A DNA stretch of 63,498 bases, counting the filler, from Hyphochytrium catenoides (lineage: Eukaryota > Protista > Hyphochytriomycota): NCBI GenBank assembly GCA_900088475.1. It is 10 parts of 10 records of this genome, joined end to end, with 100 filler letters (N's around TTAATTAATTAA, not from the genome) between each part and the next. Parts side by side here need not be neighbours in the genome. Positions count along the whole stretch, not along the records: positions 12,193 to 42,483 come from FLMG01003316.1; 9 more parts are not named here. One strand, 5' to 3'. The notes below the pieces were generated by a model that saw only the letters and a program-made list of their open reading frames with translations, did not search any database and was not told where the DNA came from. How positions within the stretch are numbered: the first letter of the stretch is position 1; each line of letters begins with the position of its first letter. Positions 24,601 through 37,982 of this stretch are shown piece after piece. A program made the translations under genes and the position numbers.

Positions 24601-26867
24601 AGAAAGAGGGAAGAGAAGAGAGCGGATAAAGAGGATGGTGGTGGTGAAATGGGGGAACCTCTACCTAGCTCTGCAGTAACTCATATCTCTCGCTTTCGGT
24701 TGTCAGTATGTCCATCAGGTCAGTCTTTGGTCATGGACGAGCAGGGCACGCGCGTGTATTGTCTTGAGCAACAGAGTGATAAGCACAACACGGGCATGAT
24801 CATCGGGATTGCCCTCTCTTCCTTTGTTGCCGCTCTGCTGCTTCTGTACGGCTACTACCACTATCATAAGCTAAGAGCAAAGGTGGACGAGGCAGACACT
24901 GTGGGAAAGAAAAAGAAAGGTCCTCCGACTACAAAGCCCATCTTCCTGATCACGGACATAGAGAACTCCACTGCTCTCTGGGCTCACTCTCAGCAGGCGC
25001 TGAAGCAAGCTCAGGCCATCCACGATACCCTCCTCCGCTCACATCTTGCTAGGTTCTATGGGTAGGTCCTTCACTTCTTGGAGCTATTCGCTCTTGTCTT
25101 GGACGGAGGTGTCGAAGCAGCTCCTCATTCTCCGTTAGAGTTTTTTAGCACACTGGTTCTTCTTTGGCTGTCTGTCTCTGGCTGTCTGTCTCTGGCTGTC
25201 TGTCTCTGACTCTCTGTCTCTCTTGGTCTGTTTGTCTCGTACTTGGGCCATCTCACGTTACTCTCGCGGAGACCCCATTCCTTTTGTATCTCTCTCTGTT
25301 CGGACATCTCTCTCTTCTTCTCTCTCTGCAGTCTTTTTTACCTCCTTCTCCCTCTCTCGTTACTCTCTGCTTCTTTCCGCCGTCTTTCTGTCGCTCTGTC
25401 TGCTGCTCTCTCTTTCTTTTACTTTTCTGAATTTCACATCTGTTACCCTGGCCGTACCCGCTAAGACGTCGACTTCTTCTTACTAGCTATGAGGTGACCA
25501 CTGAGGGAGATTCCTTCCAGCTTGCCTTCCACGAGGCTCGGGATGCTGTAGGGTATGCCCTCTTCATTCAAAAAGCTCTCTTAGAGGTACGAAAAGAAAG
25601 TAAAGAAGAGAAAGAGCGACGTTGCCATCACCTCTCCTAACTTAACACCTTGCCTATACTTTTCCTTGTTGGTCCCAGTGTGACTGGCCGGCGGAGCTTC
25701 TCTCTTACACAGGCTGCAGAGAGGAAAAGGATCGGCAGGGCAACGTCATCTTCCGTGGTCTCAGAATCCGAATGGGCCTTCACCAGGTTTGCCATGTGTA
25801 GAACGTTGCTTTGACTTCATGCTGGTTTCAATATCTCTCGCTCTCTATTATTCATCTCTATTTCTCTCTCTTTCTCTCTCTCTCTCTGTCTGTCTGTCTC
25901 TGTCTGTCTGTCTGTCTGTCTCTTTCTCTCTCTCTCCTTCTCTCGCTGCCAGCATGTCATGTCATTCTTCCCTCTCATTTGGGCCTAAGCTCCTTTATAC
26001 ATCTCCCCTTGTTACCTTCATGCCATTATTAAACTATTGCTGCCATTCTAGGGCGACGCTGACCTTATCCGCAAGAGGCACCCTACGACGGGCCGCAGGA
26101 CGTACACAGGCTCTTCACTGCTATTCGCGAAAGCTATCAACGATGTGGCGCATGGAGGGCAAATCGTGGTCTCTGGAGATGTATGGGCGTCAGTGTCCAC
26201 TCATCTTGCCGATGTAGATCAGCCACAAGTGGTAGACCTTGGCACGCACCTGATCTTCAACAGAGAAGGAGAAGAGCAGATCCATCTGGTGCAGTTGCTA
26301 CCGCAGTCTCTGTCCGCGAGGTAAGATCCATCGGACCGCCCGGCGAGTGAGAGCGCCCTCCGTCTGTCCACGTCTAGCCTATCCTTATCCTGCTTTCCTT
26401 ACTTCTAGCTCTGCTTATACTCTGTCTCATGAAGTCGCAGTCTGCCTATTATAGAGGAGAGGATTATCTGAGACACAATGCAGCAGCTTGAGCTCATTCG
26501 GACTCCTCTCTTTCTTCTGTTCCCCTTAGATGTAGCTCACTCTGACTCCTCTCTTTCTATTTATTTCATTGAATGTAGGACTTTCCCTCGCATCAAGACA
26601 GGAAAGCAAGTGGGGCCAGGCATGCGGGACTGTCCTCGTGGAGAAGTATGCTTTGTCTTTACCTATGTTGAGTTCTTGGAAGAGCTCCTGCTTATAGACG
26701 CCAACATGACAGAGGTAAGTCGAAAGAAGTGCCTAGGGTGAATGTAAAGAGGAGGCGCTTCAGAAGTGAGGCAATGGCGGCTTAGCCTTGTGCCAAGTTC
26801 CTTTATAATTCTTTCCTTCCCTCTTTTTTTTCTCTCTCTCTCTTTCTCTCTCTCCTGCTCTCTCTGA

Positions 26868-26911
<44 letters not shown>

Positions 26912-29140
26912 GGCCTTTTCTCTAGCTTTCTCTCGCTGACGTTTAAGGCTACATTCTTGTACGCAAATTTGCCTCTTTCTCTCTCTCATCAATGGACTTA
27001 ATGGCCCTCTTGTTCTGATACCATGGTTTCTCTCTCTTTTCTCCTCCTCTTGTTGACACGTGCTCATGGTCCTAATTAATCGGACACGATATCTGTCTGC
27101 AGGAAGCGGTGCAGCAGTACACATCCACTGCAAGACGCATTCTCAGGGAGCACAATGGGTACGAGTGTCAAGAGACTGTCGGAGAGTTTATGCTCGCCTT
27201 CCACGACGTCCAGAGCGCTGTTGCCTGGTGCTCGGCGCTCCAAATCGCGCTGGTTGAGCTTGCCTGGAGTCAGAAGCTTCTGTCCCTTCCTGGGTTTGGA
27301 CCCATCTGGGCTGCACAGACAGAGAGTCGGACGAGCTATGACGACAGCTCTCCGTCCCCTAGCGACCTGCAGCACGAGTACATCTTCAGAGGCATGCGGA
27401 TCAAGATGGGACTAGAGTACGGCCGGCCGACGGAGATCGTCCCACATACGACCACAGGCCGGGCAGATTACTTTGGACCGGTCGTCAACATGACTGCCAG
27501 AATTGCTAAGGCTGCCAACGGTGGGCAGGTCCTTGTAGGGCCACGCGCTTGGGAGGTGCTATCCATAGCAGGAGCCAACACGGCAGTGCCATTCTCTTGC
27601 AAGGCTCAGGCAGGGGAGAGAGAAGAAGAGGATGCAGATGATGAGGTGGCTCCTGATGATGTCTTCTTCACACACTTGGGCTGGTACAGAATGAAGGGAA
27701 TTGTCATGCCTACAGAGCTCATCGAGGCTTGTCCCGTGGCTCTCGGAGAGAGATCCTTCCCCAAACCGAAGGCTACGCCGTTGGAGAACGAGAGAAGTCT
27801 CTCCCGGAAAGTCTCGTCTGCGGGGCTCTTGCCTCCCAAGAACAAGAGAATGTCCTCTACGTCTTCGACGTCCTCTTCCGTGGCGCCCGCACCAATGCCG
27901 TTGCATCGCTTAGAGGACACCAAGAAGGCAGACAAAGACGTGAACAAAGTGTCCAATGGGAGGAAGAACGCTCGCCCGCCTCCTGTCTATGCAGAGGACG
28001 ACAGAGAGCTCTCTCTCGGGGACAAAGTGCAGCAGTTATCCTTGGGGCTGATGGGCATGTTCAGCGCCAAGAGTAGGCTCAAGCATGAGATGTCCAAGGC
28101 TCCTCCTGGAGCTCTCTATGGCCTCTCAAGCGAAGGGACTGCACCTCCAGGACCTGGAGCTACGGGTTCGACTGGAGTCTATGGCCTTCCGCCTCCCAGG
28201 GACGTCGTGGCCATCCCTCCTGGGATGTTCTCTCCCACACACAAGAAGCAGCAGCAAGGCACCTCTGTCAATCAGCAGGAAGTGCCGACAGGTCTTCCTC
28301 CTGCCACGCTGCCTCCCGGGGTAAGCGCCGTCTTCTATGGCTTGCATGGGGATGGCAGGTTCTCCCCCACGCACCTGAAGAACCAGCGGAAGGACTCTCC
28401 CTTACCTGTTTTCTTTGGAGAAGACTTTGACGAGAGAGAAAGAGAGAAACGAGAGAACGGGACCAGGAGAGTCGAGAAGGAGACAAAGCCCTCTCTCCCT
28501 ACCTATTTCGGCGATGAGAGTGATGATGAAGAGATAGAGACAGGAGGCATTCTTCTTGACTCTCCGATCTCTTCCTACTTGAGCGACGATGAAGAAGAAG
28601 AGAGAGGACGCGTTCTCTTGGATTCCCCCGTTATTAGCCCGCGGGTAGCTCTAAGGAAGGCTGAGATGCGAAGAATAGAGTAAGTTGACGTCTCTATCAG
28701 GATTGTGCGTTGCTGTTCTCGGCTCCTGTCAGATCTTTTTTTCTTTCTCTCTTTCTCTCTTTCTGTGCGTATGTGGCTGTTCTCCTCTCTCTCTCTGTGT
28801 CTCGAATGACTCTGTTTCTCCTCTCTGTCAGAGTCCTCTTCTCTCATCTTTCTTTCCGTCCTTACTCTCGCGGTACTAGTGCTCTCTCTCTCTCTCGTTC
28901 TGTTTCGACTCTCTTCTCTGGTTTTTGCTATGGAAGAGCAGATCCTTGGGCGTCTTGGCTGTGCCATTACTTAAGAGTTTCTCTCTCTTTCTCTCTGTAT
29001 CTCGCTCTCCTATAATACCTTCTAGGTCCCCTGTCTCCTATGATGATGAGGAGCTGCTAGGAGGCCTGTTGGACGAAGATGGGGACAGTCCCTCGAACGA
29101 CGAGCTTGATGAGGATCATCCCTTTGCCACCATGGCCTAA
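21601..29140 (+). CDS. Single-pass receptor class III nucleotidyl cyclase: ANF-receptor-like ectodomain, filamin/Ig repeat, TM, tandem cyclase domains (start lies in or near the gap at 21574-21600)
   Basis: Ectodomain AFLLAMKDI..KLLPNVKL..VVAVIGPTYS and SYDSAFLLAHAM. Filamin repeat PEKTVVKGDGL..FRIRAIDYFG..GQQVASSPYMVKV. TM GMIIGIALSSFVAALLLLYGYY. C1 TDIENSTALW..YEVTTEGDSF..GLRIRMGLH. C2 GMRIKMGL..TGRADYFGPVVNMTARI. GT-AG junctions checked were in frame; stop at 29138-29140. Confidence 0.9.
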
Positions 29141-29203
29141 GCCTTAGGTCAAGAAGGAGAGAGGCAGCATTGTGCCAAACTGCAGACCGTGGTCGTTCCA
29201 TAT

Positions 29204-29266
<63 letters not shown>

Positions 29267-29913
29267 GAGGAAGACGACTGCTCTAGTTTCTCTCTCGCTC
29301 CTTTTCTGAGAGAAGCCTGTTGTCTGTTGACTACTTTCTATTCTGTCTTGTCTGTTCAATCACTAGAAGCTATCTGCAAGTTTTGAGACGGTTTTTGTTG
29401 GCTCTCTGGGCGGATTGGCTGAGCGGAGAGAGAGTCTGGGAGAGAAAGAGGAAGCAAATGTGCCGCGTGGGTGCAAGAAAGAGAAAGAAATCGGTTCTAT
29501 CCTTTCTCCCCACCGTTCATAGTCTAGAAAACTCTCTGTCTCTCTCCTTGGCTTTTCTCTCTCTCGCGCGCCAAAGCTGGAGAGAGGACATAATAAAGCC
29601 TGCTTATCAATTTCTCTACTATGTTACAAGCTTTTCTCTTCTCCTTCTGCATTATTGGGGCAGAAGAGACTAAGCACTCTCTCTTCCATAAATGGGCTAA
29701 TGAGAGCTCTGGTGAGAAAGAAGAGAGAAAACGTTCTCTTTGGAAAGGAAAAAGCAAAACACCGCAGATGATCTTGGTGCTTCTGTCTGATAACATTAGT
29801 TAGGAAGAGATTTTCTCTTTTGGATCTCAAAACTATGGTCTAGGACCTAAAGGATAGGTAGAGAGAGAGAGAGACGAGATAAAGAAAGAGCGAGAGAAAC
29901 GGAGAGTGTGCTA

Positions 29914-32900
29914 CTATTCACATAAGGAAGAGCGCTCTTTTCTCTTCTTTCCTATCCTGGAGCCCGTCTCCACGGGCTTGGTCTTCATTATCTCTTCTCC
30001 ACTATGGAGCCAGTTCTCCAGCTCCTCTTCTCGCTCATATGTCTCCCTCTCTGGATGCTCTTCCGACTTTCTCAGGGCAGGAGAGAAAGAGAGAGAGAGA
30101 GACTTGGGTCGCGGTAGACAGCTCAACTTCTGGGAAGACGGCTTCGGCAGCAAGCTTGGAATCTTGCTCGAGGGTTCAGAGGCCTGGAGAAGAGGAGCAG
30201 GAGTGTCCGTGGTCCTTCTTCTGATGCGGCTCGGAGGGAGAGGAAGCCGACACGCAGCCGTGTTCTCGGAGAGAGAGGGCGAGATGGCCGGAGAGACTAT
30301 CTTCAGTCCAGTGCTGTATAGAATAAGGAGATGTTAGCGGAGAGACAGAGAATGGAAGGATAGAGACAGGTAGAGAAGAGAAAGACAAGAGTAGATATGG
30401 TGCGAGAGAGAGAAGGAAAGAGACAAGAGAGAGAGAGAGACAGAGCGAAAGGGAGAGAAAGAGAGGTCCTTACCTGTGGACCGTATCTCTGCGCGTATAA
30501 TCAACAGGAGACACATCTCCACTCTCGGCTTCAATCTCACTGAGAGGACTCTCCTTCTCCGTCTCCATGCCCTCGCTTCTCTCTTCTCCTGAAGTGGAGC
30601 CGCTCCAGCTCCGCTCTTCCTCTGGAGCAGGGCTCTCTCTCTCTTGGACCTCGGGAGCTTCTTCCCCTTCTCTCTTCTTCCCCAGAAGGGGAGAGAGAGC
30701 GGCAGACGAAGAGAGGAGAGGAAGAGAATCTACCTCTGAGGAGAGACTCTCTTCTGGAGCTCGTGAAAGGCATTCAAACCCGTTAGAACGGCCTAGGACG
30801 GGAGTAGAAGAGCGTCTATCTCTCTCTTCTCTCTCTGGCTGCTGTTGAGCATTCTCTTCAGAAAACGAACGCCTCGCACTCGATACCGGTTGAGGAGAGA
30901 GAAGAGAGGAGGAGAGAACGTCCTAAGGGAGAGGATGAGCAGTGTGATTAGTAGAGGATGAGCTTGAAGAAGGCGGAGCACCTGTTGCGTCCGCTGTCCA
31001 AGCTCTTTCTTCGCTCTCTCCTGCCATTCTTCCAGCTTTTTCTTCCGTCTCTCCAGGACATACTGCCAACCACCTTCTCGGGGACTCTTCCTTCCACTTC
31101 TCTTAGGGATCATAGATCTTCCTGTGACTGGAAGAGGAGGAGAAGGAGAGAGAGAAAGAACAGCCCGCTCTGAAGTGGAAGATGGGACAGAAGAGGAAGA
31201 GAGAGGGAGAGAAGGGGTCTCGGCGTCTCTGGATAATTTTCCTAGTGACATTGGCCCTTCACTGCTAGTTCTTTTTTGAGTGGCTTCATCCTGTTGGAAG
31301 AGGCGATAAAAGAGAGAGAGAGAAAGACAACAAGAAAGGACAAAGAGAGTGAGGAGAAAAATTTGGAAAGAGACAATAGGCTCCGCCCTACATGGTCGCT
31401 TTCTTTTCTGTCCCCTACCTTTTCTTTCCCTTTCTCCTCTTCACGCAGGGAAGGGAGAGTCTTCCTAGCAGTCAAGGCCTTTAGACGCGCCTTTAGCTCT
31501 TCGTTCTCCTCCTGCAACTGTCTGACGACTCTCTCCCCTACTGGGCCCCTCAGAGCAATCTCTCTCAGCCCTGAGGACAACTGCAAAGCCTGGAGAGTTT
31601 CCTCTCTCGCGGTTTCAAGGGGAGACGCCGCGGAGAGAACCATTGAGAGTGCTGAACCCCTGAGAGCGTCCTGCGGTGAGCCAAGAAAGCAAAAGGTTAG
31701 GATCCAGAATTAGAAGAGAAAGAAAGGATAGTGTCCGTGCTCTCCCTTCTTGTCTCGAGAGAGAGAGCTACAGAGAGAGTGCGCAAAGACGAGAGAGATA
31801 GAGGGGGAAATAGAGACAGAGATCACATGAAATGGAGACAGATAGTGAGATAGAGAGATACGCAGAGAGAGAGAGAGAGAGGAGAAAGAGAGAGAGAGAG
31901 ACAAGAAGGAGAGCATCCGATGCGAGTAGAAGCAGAGGAAAGAAAGAAGCGAAAAAAGAGGAAACGTTAGAAAGAGCGCGCGCGCGCGAGAGAGAGAGAG
32001 TCGCGAAAGGCAGTCATTACTTCCCACCTGCAAAAGCATTGCCACTAGGTTCAGCGGGGTTCCTAGGTCCTCTCGTCTCTCCACCGCAGCCTGAAAAGCG
32101 TCAGACAAGGCTTTGACTTTGTCTTCTGTTTGTCCATTGATGTCTCTTTCTCTTTCAATTGTTCCGAGATCAACGAGGACGAGCTTACTCTTTCTCGTCT
32201 CGACCTTCTCCAGTCCTTCCCTCTCTCTTTCTACTAGCTCAACATAGAGAAAGAGGTCCGAGGTATGAGAGATATGTCCCCTCCTAACTCTACGGAGGAG
32301 CGCATCGAGAGCAACCCTAGAGTTCACTTCTTCTCTCACAAGGCAGGAGAAGAGAGAAGCTTGGCTTTGTCGGACGCTGTACACCTCGGACGCAGGGTTT
32401 AGAAGGTCTCTGGCATGTTCTCCTCCTCCTAGCACTTCTAAAGCGGAGAGAGAGAGGGAGAAATGTCTCTTCTTCTGTTCCTTGGACTCGAAGGGAAAGG
32501 GAGCTGAGACAGTGAAAGTGAGAAGTCTCTGGATAATATGCTGCGCAATGCCTTCTCTTCTGAGCAACCACCTTCCGGTTCCACTCTCGCCTGCCACGCG
32601 GGATCCTGGGCCTGTAAGAAGAAGACACGCACTCTTCCCTGCAAAGAGAGAAAGGGACAGCGGCTCTAACTCCTCTAGCACCTCAGCTCCCGAAGCAGAA
32701 CTAGGGAGTACCCGATCGAAGAAGAATGACTGCCAGAGACCTTCTCTTGGTATATAAAGCCCTACTTCCCGCGCGCTGACTACACGCAGGAGAGAGAGGG
32801 AGAGAGAGGCAGGTATAATTACATTCCCCTCTCTCCCAGAGCTCCCAATCTCTCTTCTATGGCCTTCTCCATCCCTCGGTACTGCTGGGAAGACCTTGCA

Positions 32901-35900
32901 AATGAACTGAAAGGGTCCAGAGAGCTCCTGCAGTTGAGACACAAGCTGCAAGTTCCTCTGTCTTTCCTCTTCCAAGAGCTTAGCAAAGCGGTCCAGTTCC
33001 AACTCAAAGTACCAAGAATCACTGCCTCTCTCCTGTTGCTGAGCCCTTTCTCTTTCTCTCTCTCTCTGGAGCTTCGCCTCTGCCCTCTCCTCGACCCTCT
33101 GCCCTTCATCTTTTGGCTCTTCTCCGCTATCTTGGCCTCCTAAGATCTCGTTAGGCCCTGAAGACTTCTCAAAGAGTCTTCTGAGCTGCTTGACTGATTT
33201 TGCCTCAGCCTTGATCTCCGCAGAGAGTCCGCAGGACGCCGGATACACGGCGTATGGCTGTGTAAGGTAAGGCGGAGAGCTCTGGCAGTGCTGGTGCTCG
33301 CGTTGGAGAGAAGAGAATGCGGCTCTGAGGCTTTGAAGCTCCCTTTCTGCGGTTCTCTTGGCTTCTCTTAGGCTAGAGACGTCTTCAAGAAGATGTTTTA
33401 CTTGGCCTGCGTGAGAGGCTTCGACTATAGTTAGCTGCTCTCTCAGCTGCTCCACCTCTTCCACTCTGGCAGAGAGTTGAAGAGAAAGACGCCGTCTAGC
33501 CTCGCTCCATTCTAGCTCCTTGAGGGCGAGAGGGGTAGAGGAAGCCCCGGAGGACGATTGAGAGAGGGAAGGAGAAGAGAGAGAGGAGCGAGAGAGAACT
33601 GACGACCATGCTCCTGACTCCTGTCGTTCCCTTGCTCGTCTCTCTTCTTCTAGTCTCTCCCGCAGCTCCTCGATCTCCACAATTTTCTCTTCCAAGAGCT
33701 GCCTTAAGCGGCGAATCTCTAGCTCTTTCCTCTCTCCAAACTCAGATCCGCTCCCTCTCCTCCCTCCTCCAGCAGCTTCTGCGCTTGTCTCTTCTCTCTC
33801 TCCTCCTTCTTGCGAGGTCTCTTTGTTTCCGTGAGCAAGAGAGTACCTTGAGATCATCTCTTCTCTTTCTAAGAGCGCAGTCTCTAGCTTTCTGCTCCAC
33901 TCCTCCTCGCTCTCTTCTGCTTTTTGAGCTTGCTCTTCCATCTCTGCCACCAACTCATCAATCTCACATCTCCTCTGTTCGAGAGCTCTGTCTGTTCTCT
34001 CTCTTTCTTCCTCGATCTCTCTTCCCAACCGCCTCAGCTCCTCCTCTTGGCTCTGTATAATGTATGTCATGTTCTCTGTGTGAGACTCCAAGTCAGAAGA
34101 TGAGTCCTTAAGAGCTTGAACCCTCAATTCTTCGGCCTGGAGCGCTCTCTCTAGCTCTTGGATACGTTGATCCTTCTCTTGCAGCTGGTTCAGGCTATTA
34201 TGACGGGCTTCCTCCAGTCTGGCTTGGCTTTCATTGCTGATGTTCAGCACTTGCTCGTCCATGAGCTGCAGCTCTTCAGCCTTTGAAGAGAGTTGTTCTT
34301 GGAGAGAGAGGATCTCTTCTTCGCTCTTTTTGCAAGCCTCTTGACTGGTAAAAAGCCTCAGAGCCCATTCCTCTCCTTCCATGAGTGTTCTCTCTTCAAG
34401 TTCTCCCTTTCTCTCTCTCAACTCCATGAGCTTCTTCTCCTCAGCGTTTCTCTCTTCTGTAAGGCTCTCAACGGCCTTCTCTTTCTCGTCTAACTCGTTC
34501 CTCAGCTTCTCAAGACTTCCGTTGAGTTCTTCTTCAGCGCTTTGATTGGACTTTTCGAGGTCTTTCTTTTCTTCGTCAAGGCGTTTGAGGTCCTTGCGCA
34601 GCTCTTTCTCTCTCTTCTTTGCTTTCTCAACTCCTTCAGAGAGACCCTGCACCTGCTTCTGAAGAGAGAGAACCTCTTCTTCCTTTGCTATTCGCTCCTT
34701 CTCTCTCCGCTTTTTTTCCTGTTCTAGCTGCTTTTTGCTCCAGTTCTCCAATGACTCCATCTTAATCCGCATCAGTCGAAGCTCCTCAGCTTTGACCTTC
34801 AACTCCGTCTTCAACTCTCTACTAAGAAAGAGAGACCTCTCCTCTGTCCTCACAGCACGGGCTCTGCTGTCCTCTCTCTCCATCGCTGCCGTCTCTTTCA
34901 AAGAGAGAAGAGCACCTGCTAAGTGCTTAAGCCGCAAGGTTTGCTCATCTAACTGTCTGGTTAGAGTAAGAGAACGAGCGTGTTCCGTCTCATATTTCCT
35001 TTCAAAGTACTGCCGTCTCTCTCCTTCTTCCTGAAGATTTCTACGAAGAATAGGAATCTCTGCCTCTAAAAACTCCACGTACGGCGTCTGATCGTACGTA
35101 TCTCCTCTTCCCTTTTGCGAAGAGACTGTACCAGAGGAGAGTGCACTAACTCTCGCACTAGCAGAAGGCGGAGCCGGAGATGAAGAGGAAAGAAGAGCAA
35201 GGTTAGGGGAGACTGTCATTGCCTCAAAGCCCTCTGTTCCTGACTGAAGATACGGCTTCTGTAGCTCTTCATGAGGGAGAGGATGGTCCTCCTGCACGTT
35301 GGAGAGAAGACTTAGACTACTGATCCGTCCACCTGCTCCAGGGCCACGGGCAGCTGAGGATGCAGTCTCTCTTGCAGCAGAAAGAGAGAGAGTGGGCTCC
35401 CATCCTCCTCCTCGTTGCTGCCAAGAGGAGGACGAAGAGGACGAAGAAACTGGTGCAGACGAAGACTCCTGATAAGCGATTTGACCTGATGCTGCTGATC
35501 CTCTGCCATAGTATGGGGACGCCCCAATTGTACTGGCTCCCGCTGTGGAACTGGAGGTCGAAGACGACGAGGAAGAGAATGTGTGGCTGTTGTTGGAGCG
35601 GTGGGACGATGAAGAAGAGGCCAGACTGCCGTCGGGACTAGCACTGTAATAGGCTGAAGGGCCTGCGCTCTCCCTTGGGTAGGTAGGAGAGATACTATGG
35701 CTGCCAAGCGGGGGAGAGAGAGAGGGAGAAGGAGACATCGAGATGGGTCCTTGGGTCCTTCCTCCCTGTCCTCCTCCCATGTGGGCGGGCCCTGGTCCCC
35801 TCGTTGGAGCTGCGGAGATAGTTTCTGTGGCCTGTTCAGGCAACGACGGAGCTTCTGCGGCTTCCAGCAGTGCCTCTGCGTCCTCTGTGTCATACTGATC

Positions 35901-36809
35901 GATCTTCACTCTGAGCTTGGATCTTAGAAGATCTAGCTGAGACCGGACTTGACCGCCTCCTTTCCTTGGCAAAGGCTCTGATCCCGTAGCTCCACTTCCT
36001 CCGCCAACGCCGCCGGTATACACGGGAATAGAAGAACGAGGAGCCTGTGAGCTTAGCTGATAGCCTGCTGCCAAGTTCTCTTGTCCCGTCCCGATCCTGG
36101 CTAGGATCTCGCCCGGAGGAGATCCTTTGTGATACTCAATCTTGATTAGCCCCTCGTCCAGGTCCACCTTGTACATCCGTACCATGCGGTTGGCATTCAA
36201 AGCTGCCCGCAGCTTGGCTTCCAGTGCCTTCTTGTCCTTCAATTCTAGGGCGGCAAAGTCCCTAGGATCAAAGTGAATGGTCTCCACAGTGGAGCAGGAC
36301 ACGAGGGCATTAGCAGCTAGAATACCGGCTGAGACTGGGACGATAAGACTGCGGGAGAGGTCAAGGTGTGAGATAGAAGGAGAGAGATGAAGCATACGAC
36401 TGATGGCTTCTATTCCTTCCTGGGAGATCCTATTCCGTCCAAGCCCGACCGCTCTCAGAGAAGGAATGCCGCTGAACACTTGGGCAAGCTCCGTTATGGC
36501 CCGCGTCCCGTCCTGTCCAATCCTATTTCCATCCAGGTGGACGGATTCTAGGGCAGTCATCCTAGAGAACACCCTGGCAAGCTCCAAGGCTCCCTCGTCT
36601 CCAATCCTGTTGCCCATCAGGCTGAGAACGCGAAGAGAGTCTACATATCGTCCGAGGATCTGCGCTAACTCTGCCGCCGCAGCATCATCAATACTTCGAC
36701 GGTCCAGCAGGAGCTCAAAGTTCCGCAAATTGTCTGCTACGAGGCTCTGCATTGCCGGAGATACGGTTTTCTTCCCTCCACCAAGGAATTTCCTCATGTT
36801 GCCTACCAT
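29914..36809 (-). CDS. LRR + long coiled-coil + degenerate C-terminal (kinesin-14-like) motor domain protein
   Basis: 4.8-kb first exon 36809-32028: RNI-like LRRs (LSLMGNRIGDEGA, VHLDGNRIGQDG), Ser-rich linker, coiled coil, neck LQELSGPFQFICKV, FFFDRVL, SKLVLVDLG. Splices LLQ to DALRGSALSMVLSAASP..EETLQAL (31670-31392), then further exons to the stop at 29914. Confidence 0.85.
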
Positions 36810-37951
36810 TGGGAGAGAGATCGAGGCTGAAGCAGAAGCAGATGCAGTCAAAGTCCTAGGCCCTTTCTTCCGTCATAGTCTCTTTCCCCGAGGGCAAGAG
36901 GATAGCTCTCTAAAGCTCCCTCGCACAGATATAAGGCAGAGTGAAGCTGATGAACTAAGAAGAATATCTAGGGTGATGGTCGTTCCTTCGGGTTCAGACC
37001 TCAAAGCATCTCCATCTTATATCTTTTCTCAATGTCCTGCTCTTCTCTCTCTTTCTCTCTTCCGTGATGGTTCAAGGACGAGAGAGTGAGCAAGAGACGA
37101 AGAAAAGGAATAGATAAAGAGACCCTGAAGAAGATTCAAATGTGCCTGAGAAGCGGGCAATCAAGATCCAGACGAAGACAGAGAGAGACTGTGGAGCTTA
37201 AGATATCTGGGAGAGACATAGGAGGGTTATTGCTTGCTAACGCTCAGGATCAAGAAAGAAATAGCCTCCACAAGGCCCTTGGCAGTGAAAGAGGAGCAAG
37301 GCTCGGAGCCTTTTGGCCATCAGCGGCGCTTGCTCTCTCTCTCTCTAGTGATTGGACTCAGAAGGTGTGGTGCGGCCGTGACTAAGAGGATTGGTGAAGC
37401 TGAATGTCTCTCTTCTTTGACTCAATGAACGGCCGGCGTGTTCTCTTCTCTCCAGACTTCTACCCCTTCCAGCCTTTCTTGTTCTGTTTCTCTCTCTCTT
37501 TTCTCTTGGAACAAAGCCCGACGCTCCCGCCGTCATCCATCCACTCGAGGCTGTTCCTCTATTGTCTGCTTGTCATCAAACAACAGTTCAGCTTTCAGTA
37601 CCCCTCAGGGCATCCTCTCTTCTTTTTCAACCTTGGACATCCTTCTAGCTTCCTCCTTGTCATACTTGTACGACAGCTGTACACATAGAAGGACAGTGAG
37701 GGAAGAAGGCAGCTGAGACGAGGTACAATAATGCATTGATCGATGTTGGACGTTTAGGCCATGTAGCTTTTGAGGCTAATCTCTCCTTCCCAGGTGGAGA
37801 ACGAGACAGAGTAAGGAGAGACCACAAATAGCTCTAAAGCGAGGACAGACAAAGCCGGGGAGAAAGAAGTAGATCAGGGATCTTGCTCTGTATGAGAGAT
37901 CGACAGAGAAAGAGAGCAAAGGGAGAAATGGAGACTGAGAGGAGAGAGAGA

Positions 37952-37982
<31 letters not shown>

